Below, one piece after another: positions 12,495-23,308 of a stretch of DNA of 64,000 bases (position 1 is the stretch's first letter; each line of letters starts with the position of its first letter). The DNA is from Epiperipatus broadwayi. Taxonomy: Eukaryota > Animalia > Onychophora. The stretch is from NCBI GenBank assembly GCA_028023455.1, contig JAQFVV010000003.1:21328001-21392000 (forward strand), written 5' to 3'. The position numbers were made by a program, and so were the translations under genes. The notes below the pieces were generated by a model. That model was not told the DNA's origin. It did not search any database and saw only the letters and a list, made by a program, of their open reading frames with translations.

Positions 12495-13400
12495 TATATG
12501 AAGTTAAATTGTAATATGTGCTATATAGTTTATTTGAAAAAGTATATGTTTCAAATGTGTCTATAGTGTGAGAGGTTGGCCTGACTTCTGGGCTGATGGA
12601 TGATTGTGATAGGGTTAAAATAATGTTGGAAGATGCATTGATAAAAAAAACTTGTAAATATATATATCATATAGCAATGATTGTGCACCCCTCCACAAGA
12701 TGTTTAAAGTTGGCACCAGTTCCTGCCTTGTATGAGAGTGGTGTAATGAAAGTTATCAAAACTATTAATATTTATATAAGGCTACAACCTTAGTACATGT
12801 GCCTTTTGTGCTATGAATATGGGTAAGAAAATCAAGTGTTTTTATCTCTATCATATTGCAGATATATTATTCATTAAAAAGTAATACTTAAAGTATTTAT
12901 TTGGACTAGGGATAATATCTGCCTTGGATAAATGATTAGTAAAAGTTCTTAGTATATTTCTATAAAATGGTTTGTGTCAAAGTTGTAAAGCAGAAATTTG
13001 AAATCTCTCAATTAAACATTAATAAACTGTTATGGTGAAGATTTGTGTAAGAGATTATGATCTGGTCCAATTGATTAGTGTTGATTCAGAACAAAATGTG
13101 CATCTTAGGGATCATTTGTCTTTTTCACATGTCTTTCATCATATGTTTTAGTAATGCATAATGAAATAGAAGTTTGATATAGATTTAAATACATATTATA
13201 TGAAGTTGAGTTTAAGTATTTTTAAAAAAAAAATGTATATATGAAATTAAATTGTAATGTTTGTTATATGGCTTATGTGAAAATGTGTGTATTTCAAATG
13301 TATCTATAGTGTGAGAGATTGGGCTCACTTCTGGTCTGATGGATGATTATGATAGAATTGAGCTAAAGGTAAAAGATGTACTGATAAAACCAAAAAACTT
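12495..13400 (+). repeat. About 165-bp direct repeats (12495-12655, 13237-13400; period about 742) enclosing a decayed family-1 HHR
   Basis: Repeats align by eye. gatctggtccaa-ttgatta-gtgttgattcagaac-aaaa-tgtgca-tc-ttagggatc at about 13066-13120. Confidence 0.65.
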
Positions 13401-14429
13401 GCACAAATAAAAGCTATCTTTTACAAATTATATCTTTTTTCAAGCACTTTAGAATTTGATAGAATATCTGAAAATATAATTCAGCACTCCTAGTGAATTT
13501 TGTTAATGGAGTTTAAATAATAGATTATTTAGTTTGATCATCATCACTACCTAAAAATGATAAGCTTGTAATTATTTTGTTTAGCTATTGCAGAAATAGA
13601 TTGCTTTCTCATGCTGGAAGGATGATTTTTAAAATCAGAGCAAGTTGATGGTTATTATTTTCTATAGTTAGAAGTATCCACTAAATGATTTTGAATATAG
13701 TAGCAGTGGATACTTTTTATTGCAACCTTTTCCCAAAGAATTGGCTTTACAATTATTAAATTATGGGAATATCTGGATTATTTTAGTTGTAATCAAATTT
13801 TCTAACATCATGAGACTTTTTATTAAATAATGTTACAAAATTTAATGTGTAATACTAATTATTTAATAAAATGTCTCACAATATATTGGTTATCTCAGTC
13901 ATCTGTAGTGACTATGAACTTCATATTATATCTAGATAAAACTTGGAAATTTTTGTCATAAGGTAGTTAATATCTAATTATATTATATTATTTCATAAGC
14001 TCAGATCTTTTTATAAGTCAGTAGTAACTATTACATATCACTTATTGGCATTAATTTAATTATTGGATAGTAGATCTCACTGCAAAAAGATTTCCATGAT
14101 GTATTTTTAGTTAAATGGATTTTATTTAAATTTATGAACATTACATTCTATTATAATGGACAGTAACATAAGTAGAATTTTGAGGCCGTAGGCAAAATTT
14201 CAAAAAGCTCTTCTTAATATTTATAACATATATCTTAATAGTCAATAAAAATAATCATATATTACATGACACCTTTTTTAAAAAACTTGTAAAATATAAA
14301 CAGTTTGTTGAGCAAGTAGCAAAGCTCTTTGTTTATATTTTACAAGCTTAAAAAAGAAATGGGGTCATGTGATATATGACTCTATTTTTTATTTTTTATT
14401 GACTATTTATAATCTTTTCTCTAAGTCTT

Positions 14430-14710
14430 AAGTGATGTTATATTGCTAAGACTACTAATATATGATTTGGCTGAAGATCTCTCAGCCCCATATAGCTATT
14501 TGAGTTAGATAGCTGGGTTTGAAGACATTTAAATGTCTGAAAATTTCAGATTTTCTACTCAATGGTTAACTCTTAGGTAAATGCTGGCTTTGGGTTGGTA
14601 TTTTTAGATCTTGTGTCTGAAACTAACCTAGTACCTTACTGAGGAGTTTAAATGCTTTCTCTTGCTAAGCATTTATCATAAAGCTTGTTGAGCAACTAGA
14701 AAAGCTTTTT
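14430..14710 (+). repeat. Dispersed copy of the 52.6-53.6 kb family (family 4), truncated after the CTGAGGA core
   Basis: 14455-14560 is the reverse complement of 52845-52950. cctagtacctta-CTGAGGA at about 14626-14644. Confidence 0.65.
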
Positions 14711-15399
14711 GTTTAAATATCTTAATACTTTTTCATTAATAATTGTCATTTAAAAAGTCTCTAAGATCCAAGAGCCATATAATTGCTTTGGCTTGTATCA
14801 TGACAACTAAATAACTGATCCATCTGACAAAATCAGTGTTTTCATGATTGTTATGAATAAATTTGGAGATGACTAATAACAGAGATACAGTTCATACATG
14901 TCCAAAATAAAGATTTATATTGATTAATATTTTTTTACCTAATGATTGAATAAATGATGAAAGTTATTATATTTAAATTTACTTCTTTTTAGTAATTTTT
15001 AATTATAATTAAATTAATCATCACATTTCTCTTATTCTCCAATTTTCTTTAACCTTGCTGTGTTTAGAAAGAAACCAGCGATAGATCATTTCAGCATTAA
15101 TATTAACAATGAGATTATGTAATCACAATTTTATACATTAATTATATTTACAGCAATTTGGATTTTAATTTCTTCTCTTTATGTGTGTGTGTTTTCTTTG
15201 AATTTAGAATTATTCTATTTTTTTTTTTTTTGCAAATGGCTGCTAATGATAAAGACAACAGTGAGGATGTAATTATTAAAAAATAACTATAAGAAAAACT
15301 ATTGAACAGTTGAATCTGTTAGACATTTTGAAAGTGTGATATATATAAAGTGATGGATTAAATAAAGTGCATAAATAAAGCATTTTCATTGTTTATATT

Positions 15400-15510
15400 A
15401 AAGTTGTAATTATAAATTTATTAAACGCTCACTATTATTTCAGTAATAGTTTTAACAAGGCTGTAAACCTTAGCAATGAGCGTCTGAAAAAATCGTCACT
15501 AGGGACCTCT
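15400..15510. repeat. Diverged copy of the 34250-34799 repeat
   Basis: aaagttgtaattataaatttattaaacgc...aggctgta...tagggacctct matches 34550-34655. Confidence 0.65.
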
Positions 15511-15908
15511 TTAATGAACTTACATTATCAAGTTGGATTGTATTCAAAACCTCATACTGTTTAAAACTTTCTAATTATCAGTTGTCTTCAAAAGGATACA
15601 GTGAAGAAGACTTGAAGATCAGAAACTGATAAAGTCACTGGTTCTTCACTGTCATCTAATAACCAGTGTTCTACTTAATGGTTATTTATTAGCTCCCAAA
15701 GATAAGAACATAATCACAATAATAACTTCAAAAGACTTTGCTCATCTTTCTCTTACCTGCAGTTAAAATTATGTCATGTATCTTGAATAATTCTTAATCT
15801 ATAATACATAAATTTCTGATATTATTTACAATATAATCATACTTATTTAAATGCAACAAATATATATATAAAGTTTCAATATATATCATACTTATTTAAA
15901 TGCAACAA

Positions 15909-15951
<43 letters not shown>
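15909..15951. repeat. (TA)n microsatellite within a short local duplication
   Basis: Direct reading. Confidence 0.95.
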
Positions 15952-15953
<2 letters not shown>

Positions 15954-16365
15954 AAGTTTCAATGCTCCTTTATTATTGATATTTCATGTGTAGATGATTG
16001 TTTTTTTAACTTACTATTTTTATTGAGAATACTAGCCATATTTTCTCTACACAAAATTATACTGTGTTAACAAAGCAGCAAAAAAATCATCTTTGGTGAT
16101 GGTTTTTCATTGCTGGCCATTTTCATATTAACTGTTAAAGTTTAGGGGACAATATGGCAGATTCAAAACCTCAAGATTTATACAGCTTGTCTCAGTCTTT
16201 GTCAGTTCTGGTGTTAAATATCATATAATCTCTCAATTTTTTTACAATTTAATTATAAACTTTAATGATACTATACCACTAAATTGCATTTAAGTTAATA
16301 AATAGATTTATTAGTTCCAGAATGTCAGTATGCAGTAGAAATTACGATAAAACAATCTATTCCAA

Positions 16366-16498
16366 TAAACATCACATGATCACCATCTCTTATGCTAGCA
16401 CATAATTGTTATTAAACAGGCAAAACTCTCCATACAGTAGAGTGATTACTCTGTTTGGCATAGGGTGACACTACTGTATGGAGAGTTTTTCCTTTAAT
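16366..16498. mobile_element. Fold-back family copy with 12-bp TSD
   Basis: Same arms as 1385-1599, opposite orientation. aatctattccaa at 16354-16365 and 16499-16510. Confidence 0.85.
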
Positions 16499-17221
16499 AA
16501 TCTATTCCAAATAGTTAATTTCCTAATGACTTGTGAAAACTTTACTTTTTCTTATTAAAGAGCACTAATAAATGCAATACTTTTCTAAATAGTACACGTG
16601 ATAAATTTCTAAACAAATTTCATTGAAGATTATTAATAATCTATATATGTAAATTGTTTTATTTACTTTAATGGTCTTGAAATAAAAAAAATACTGAAGC
16701 TTACATCAGTTGTAATTTATTTTTATAATCACTACTAACAATAATTATCATTTTAATTAAAACGTGACATTTTAAAATAAAAAGTAAATTATATTCAGAA
16801 AGCACTAATGACTGTTGCACAATGGTAGAATACTGAACTCTGGAAGTCCATGGCTCACATATTTGTAGCTTTTCTCAAAGATCTTATGAAGTTCCAGTAA
16901 TAAACTATTCGATTATTATTCTATAATACTTATGAAATATAGTTAAATATTACGCATGTTCGTGCTTTAAAACATTATTTTGACTTGGACAAAGAATAAT
17001 ATTTTTCAATATTGAAAGCATAAATAGGAGTGCACTTAAGTAAACAAATTAAATAATAAAAATAACAACAAAAAGATGATTTGAGGTTCACTGATGTAAA
17101 TATTAAAAAAGACAATATTATTTGATAAATTACAATTACAATGTGTTATGAAAAAACAGTTGTTTTTATTTTATTTGTAAATTAATTTTTATAATGTATG
17201 CAAATATTTGTAATTAGATTA

Positions 17222-18197
17222 ATCATCATCATTTTCAACGATTATTGACCTATTGCAAGATGAAAGACTATCCAAGTTCAATCCATCTTCTCCACAAAGT
17301 TACCCATTACCTTAAGAATTTATCTTAAAAAAGCAGGGGGTGATAATGTAGAATATTCAGATGATGGAACAGAAGAAACTGCTCTACAATGTTATAGTAC
17401 TCCAATGTATGAAGAGAATTGTTCCATTGATGAATATGTCATCTTCAAGAATATTTTAAATAATATGCAAGTGTAAGATCATCCATGGTATACCATGCTA
17501 ACTAGTCATTTTTCTTTAGAACAATAGAAGCAGTCACAATATGTGTTTATTCTAGCTGATCAATGGAAAGCTACTGCAGAATTCAAGTTCAATTCATCTT
17601 CCCTAATCACTAGTCTCTCTTCTCCACATCACTCAACACTATTTCCATATTTCATCCATCCATCTCACATGTGGTCTTTTTTAAGATCTTTTATAATCTC
17701 TTGGAATCCATTTTAAGATTTCAACTGTCTATCTATTATCATCTCTTAAACAATATGTCCAACCCAACTCCACTTTAGTCTATTATTTCTTGTCAGTAGC
17801 ACCTGTTTGTTCTCTTACCCATATATTTCATTTTTAATGTCTTCTTGTTATTCTTAACATACATCTATTCATACAGAATGGTCTGAAATCCCATGCCTCA
17901 GATCCATAAGTAAGAACTGGTAAAACACATTTATTAAAAACCTTTCTTTTCAAACACATAGGCATATTTCCTTTTAATATTAAGTTATTTTTACCAAAAG
18001 CATTCCAATCAAGTTTAATTCTATGATTAATTTCATCCATTATGTTTTATCTGTAGTAATAATCTGATTGAGATATTAACTTCTTCTAATTCATCATTAT
18101 CAATCTTTATTTTTTCTTTTGAGAAAATCTATTGAACACTACTTTAGTCTTTTGAACATTTATCTTTAGTCCTAATTTCTTACTTTCATTAAAATAC
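17222..18197 (-). mobile_element. RTE-clade LINE 3' portion, interrupted by the importin-7 fragment
   Basis: MPMCLKRKVFNKCVLPVLTYGSEAW (ORF 17834-18040). (TGA)n-like tail at 17222-17231. RTE sequence at 17222-17296 and 17584-18197. Confidence 0.85.
17333..17587 (+). pseudogene. IPO7: Importin-7 (IPO7/Moleskin-like) C-terminal pseudogene fragment
   Basis: Reads AGGDNVEYSDDGTEETALQCYSTPMYEENCSIDEYVIFKNILNNMQV*DHPWYTMLTSHFSLEQ*KQSQYVFILADQWKATAEFK. This matches my recollection of the IPO7 C-terminus EETALEGYST..DEDNPVDEYQIFK....PVWYQAL...EEQRKQLQ...LADQRRAAHESK. Two in-frame stops; not database-checked. Confidence 0.85.
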
Positions 18198-18209
18198 TTA
18201 CATTTTAAA

Positions 18210-19282
18210 AAACCAAAACTGCCTAACACTATACTAGAAAAAATAAAATGCAAAACCATAAAACAATACAATACTAGATTAAATCCTAAATTTTACCAAA
18301 ATCCTTACATAACCATGATTTCATCTACTACAAGTAGATCTTCTCAAGTGAAAATCAAACTAAAGGAACTGACATATATACAAACAAATAAACCTTCCCA
18401 TAATTCATTTCAAACTCCATCTTCCCTTAATATCAAAAGAAGTCTTCATAAGATTGATAGCCTCAGAATCAAGAAGTTTTATCATTAGTCTCCTTTATTC
18501 TTCTTTTTAACTCATTCTTTTCATAAAAAATAACCAAAGTATTGTTAAACATTATTCTATGATCTGTATTTAATTCATGAATATATAAAGCTGAGTTAAG
18601 ATATCTATGTTTAACTCTATTTATATAAATCTTAATCCTTTACATAAAACTTACCACAACTACATGGAATCTTATAAACAATACCAGGAATAGACCTACA
18701 ATCAATAGACTGCTTTGAACCATTAAGTAATGAATTCAAATCAGAACCTTTCTTCCATGCAACCTTCATTCCACCTAACAAATGACTATTCTTATAAACC
18801 AAATTATATATTGAAGCCTTAAATGGTAAAGGCATATACTCACATTATCCTTACCAACAAAATTCTTACCATCAAAATCACAACTATAAACAGTATTATT
18901 AAATATAACTTTTTTAATAAAATCATGACTATAACCCAATTCTACATATTCAGCAGCAAATTGACTTCTTTGAATATCAGCATTATTATGAAAATTATTA
19001 AGCCTTCTATTCTACAACAAAAATTCAACAAAGACATTTTTTATGCATAAAATTTTTGATTCTGATGCTATCAGTCTTATGAAGACTTCTTTTGATATTA
19101 AGGGAAGGTAGAGTTTGAAATAAATTATGGGAAGGTTTGTTTGTTTGTATCTATATCAGTTCCTTTAGTTTGATTTTCACTTGAGAAGGTCTATTTGTAG
19201 TAGATGAAACCATGGTTGTGTACGGATTTTGGTAAAATTTAGGATTTAATCTAGTATTGTATTGTTTTATGGTTTTGCATTT
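18210..19282 (-). mobile_element. 5'-truncated Penelope-like element B with inverted pseudo-LTR and 12-bp TSD
   Basis: GIVYKIPCSCGKFY GIY-YIG motif (ORF 18632-18835) and thumb-like LGYSHDFIKKVI. About 240-bp inverted repeats at 18244-18481 / 19052-19282. TSD ttacattttaaa at 18198-18209 and 19283-19294. Confidence 0.9.
19178..19220 (+). ncRNA. Minimal type I HHR, U3:A8 core variant, in the PLE-B pseudo-LTR (second copy 18309-18351, minus strand)
   Basis: cac-UUGAGAA-g-gucuauu(ugu)aguagau-GAAA-CCAUGG-UU/gug. Palindromic stem III ACCAUGGU. Both pLTR copies carry UUGAGAA. Confidence 0.6.
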
Positions 19283-19845
19283 TTACATTTTAAAGTATTT
19301 AAAAAATTAGTGATTTTCATTGTTAATCATAATAATTGAATGGCTAATTGCTTAGAATATCATGTAATCTTAGATTTGAATTCATGAACCTTTAACTATC
19401 AAGACCAACAATCTACCTCTATATTAAGTTGCATGGGCCAATGTTTTTTGATAAAATCTGTAGTCAGTATAAATCAAATGTAGCTATAAACAGCAATTGG
19501 ATTTTTAAATCAATAATGAGTTTTTCAGCATGCACACACATAAAAAATATAACAAAGAACCCAGTAAATGGTTTTAAGATTCACTAATGTAAATATAGTA
19601 TTAAGAAAAACAAATAAATAAATTACCCTTAACAATAATCGTTGTGATTCTAAAAAGTATGCATTTACTTTTTTTTTACTAAACTTTATCCACATGATAG
19701 CTATTAAAATCTAATCAAAAAATTTAAATTATTTTATTATTTAATATTAAGTTCACAAAATTGTTTTATTTACTTATAAATGTATTAAAATATTATAATT
19801 AAGTTTATTTATTTGACTTAATTTTATAAATCATCATATAATATT

Positions 19846-20375
19846 TACTACTGTATGGAGAGTTTTTCCTGTTTTATTAACAGTTATGAGCAAGAATACG
19901 AAATTGTGTTCATGTGATGTTTAGTGGTTTAATACCAATGTGGTGGCTATGATTATTAAAGAACCAAAGACACCAAAATGTATGGGTACTGAACTGAGTT
20001 CAGACCTGTATGACTATATAAGCTACTGAGCTTGGATTGAAAATATTATTGTGTTTTCAAATTTTAGACTCATACTTTTGCATTTAAGTAGAAATAAAAA
20101 GTGGCTGCTGGAGGGTTGCATTAGATCCTGAGATCTAGATGCAGTGCTCTCAGATCCAAGGCTTCTCATTGACAAAATCCACAAGCTAGAAACTATTCTG
20201 TGGATATTGGATGAGTAGGCACCAGAAAAGGATTTTATGCACAAGCCTTCTGGCATCCATTGATTACTCTGGCTTGCACTGTGTGGCACTACTGTATGGA
20301 GAGTTTTGCCTGTTTTAATAATAGTTATGAGCAAGCATAAGAAATTGTTATCTTGGAATGTTTAGTGGTTTAATA
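19846..20375 (+). repeat. Head-to-tail copies of the fold-back family (unit about 441 bp)
   Basis: tactgtatggagag starts at 19849 and 20290, each followed by the same 3' tail. Confidence 0.75.
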
Positions 20376-20611
20376 TTTTATCCTGCATAATTTGATGCAA
20401 TAGAAGAGTCTGGAGGTTGAAGTCCATGAAAAGTGACCCAGTTTTGCAACTTCTGGTAGTTAAACTTTTTATAAACGCTTAAGTAATAAGTCTCTTTCAA
20501 TTATTTTTTTATTGTCTATATCTGTTCTTATACAATTTTTCATATTTGTATTTACCCAAAGACACTCTAAAAAAATGTCATATTTATTGTGTTTATTGGA
20601 AAGCAATGGCT

Positions 20612-21293
20612 GAGGAAAGAATACAATGGATGGTCACAATTGGTAAAAATAGTCTTTCAGAAAAAAAAATTAGGAAGTTTTAAAAAACAACATCACAAAA
20701 TATCAAATAAACAAAATAATAGATCAAGATATTCTATATGTGAATATATTAATTATTCATTGAATGATTTGGTTAGATATAACAAAACTTATCTTTAATC
20801 ATTATTTTTTGTTTTTCGGGGGGGGGGGGTGAAATGGCCATAATTGTTTGCAAATCTTTATGGTTGACGATGATAATTCTGCATTAATTATTTGAATTGC
20901 TTTGGTTTTGTTTTTATATTTATGTATTATTTTTTTAATGCACATTTATATTTCACCTCTCAAATCATTCAATGAATAACAAATATATTCACATATAGAA
21001 TATCCTGATCCATGATTATTTTTATTATTTTGTTTATTTGATATTTTGTGACATTGCTTTTTAAGTCTTCCTATATTTTTTTTTTTTCTGAAAGACTATT
21101 TTGCCCAATTGTGACCATCCATTGTATTCTTTAAAATTTAGATATAACAAAAGTTATCTTTAATCATTATTCGTTTGATTTTTGGGAGGAAGGGAAGGGG
21201 CAGTTGGAATGGCCATAATTGTTTGCAAATCTCTACGGTTAATGATGATGATGATGCTTTAATTATTTTAATTGCTTTGTTTTTGTTTTTTTA
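20612..21293. repeat. A-B-inverted A-B repeat structure
   Basis: A 20612-20772 is inverted at 20960-21132. B 20773-20925 is repeated directly at 21137-21293. Confidence 0.8.
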
Positions 21294-21364
21294 AGTGAGA
21301 TATCTGTCAACAGAATTTGGAATTGATCAGACAGAATAATGATATATATATATATCACTAAAAA

Positions 21365-21470
21365 CCAGTCAACATTTAGACAATCCCAATATCAATAACA
21401 ATCAACAAATTCACACTGTTGTCAAGGCAACCTCCTTTTAACAATAAAGGTGGAATCCCCTATATATACA
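21365..21470. repeat. Dispersed repeat (inverted copy at about 33065-33170)
   Basis: ctgttgtcaagg(c/t)aacctccttt...aaaggtg shared by both copies. Confidence 0.7.
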
Positions 21471-21809
21471 AACTAGCACTTAATATTATATACTAGACTC
21501 TATCGTGTGCTTTGGATTGAAAATATTTCACATGATCAATAAATCACCATTAAGTTGTTAATTTAATTAGTATACATATAAAACAAAACATTAAAATTTA
21601 CTCTGCAATTTTCAACATACCAATAAACAAATAAATAAATTCTATAGCCAGTTAATGTAAATTGCTACTCAGGATAGGAGTCATGCCAAAATATTGCTAT
21701 AATTTATTGGTATATTACAAATTATAGAATTCTAGTTTTTGTTTTATTATTTATTTATTTGCTGTTATATAACTAAGAATTAACTTTTACAATTTCTATT
21801 AAAACACTT

Positions 21810-22130
21810 CAGCCATATTTGAGAAGTTATTTAGTAATGTTATCTCTTCAGCTGTTTTCCCATAGAGAAACTCTTCAGTCATTTTTATATTTTTTTAGCC
21901 AGTTTCCATACAAAAGCTCTTTGGTCATCTTTGAAACTGATGCTCTTCAACTGGTTTTTTATGCACACATTATTTAATTGGCTTTCACATAGCTCTTTAA
22001 TGAACTTCCACACAGAAACTCTTTAACCACCTTAAATACAAAAGCCCTTTAACTGTTTTTTAGCTGAGATGCTCTTTACTTTCTCTTTATACAGAAACTC
22101 TTCAACTGACTTTTTGCAGCCATGTCGATT
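21810..22130. repeat. Degenerate minisatellite (aaactcttca/ctcttt units)
   Basis: Recurrent aaactcttcagtcattttt-like units at irregular 22-50 bp spacing. Confidence 0.55.
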
Positions 22131-23259
22131 TTTATCATATGTCTTTCATACCATAGCCTTTTAGTTGCATTTTACTCTGAATCATTTTAGTCATCCTTAA
22201 GTTCCTCACTAGCTTCCTGAAAAATATTTTCAGTCATTTTTCACACAAAATAATGGGAGGGGGGGTACCACATTTCTCTCCCTCTTTGTTTTTTTTCTCA
22301 GCTATGAATTGCTAAATGATCCATTAATGATAAGATATCTAAAAGGATCAGTTGTAGACTATAAAAAAAAAAAATTATATGCTTTCAAGTTTAATCTAGA
22401 TTTGAACTCATATATGCTAACCACCAATTAAGACATTTCCAAATTAAATTGTAAGATGAAATATTTAGTCCCTCTGTCACTATGATACATTTTGTCACCA
22501 ATAATGATAAATGAATCATTTTATAGTCAATATAAATCTTCATCTGACCAACTTAGATGACTCTTACCCTCAACACAATATTTTTATTTGCACTTATTGA
22601 CCAATAATAAAGATATTTATGTGGTTTTTTGAATGGGTCAGCTGTCTAAAAAAATATGAGTCTTCTTATACATTGAATAAAAGTTTCATGGTTTGTGCAG
22701 CTGATCTTGAACTTGAGAGAATACTGTGCATGTAGATGCATTAAGCTCTAAATTCTGGAGCTCTTTAAAGATTTTTTAGCATTCTTTTATGTTTTATGTA
22801 TGGAAATGTATATATTTGTACAGTGAAAATAGCAACCTCAAATAGCAGTCATCGTAAAAATATCTTTCTAAAAATGTTGAGAATTATTAATATAACTATT
22901 CAATTAATCTGATAAGGGTAATTAATATGCTGCAAATTTTGTTTTTTACAAGCACAAAAAAAATTGTAATATTTTGAAAATGTACATTAGATGAATCATT
23001 AAAAATACTTTATATAAGTTTTTAAAAATTTGTTTGGAAATGACATAAACATGTTTTTCACGAATTATATGAAACTTATTAGCTAAATTTAATGGTTAGT
23101 CACATTTTAAAGAAAATTTCTGATCTGCAATTCTTTTGTAATTTTTTTTTAATAAAAAGTCTTTTAATCACACTTTGATTCTCAAATATAATGACAATAA
23201 GAGAAGACTTTATTTCAAACAAAACTCTTCAGTGGCTGAACAATATGACAACTTAATGT

Positions 23260-23265
<6 letters not shown>

Positions 23266-23305
<40 letters not shown>
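23266..23305. repeat. (TA)n microsatellite
   Basis: Direct reading. Confidence 0.95.

Positions 23306-23308
<3 letters not shown>

Noticed and set aside
15600-15655. Hairpin with TTGAAGA and a tcag/ctga stem
   Set aside because: Three core violations (C3U unpaired, G12U, G17).
17474-17527. TAA/TAG read as Gln (alternative genetic code) in the importin-7 fragment
   Set aside because: Only two codons. The fragment is isolated inside a LINE, and CAA>TAA and CAG>TAG decay is simpler.
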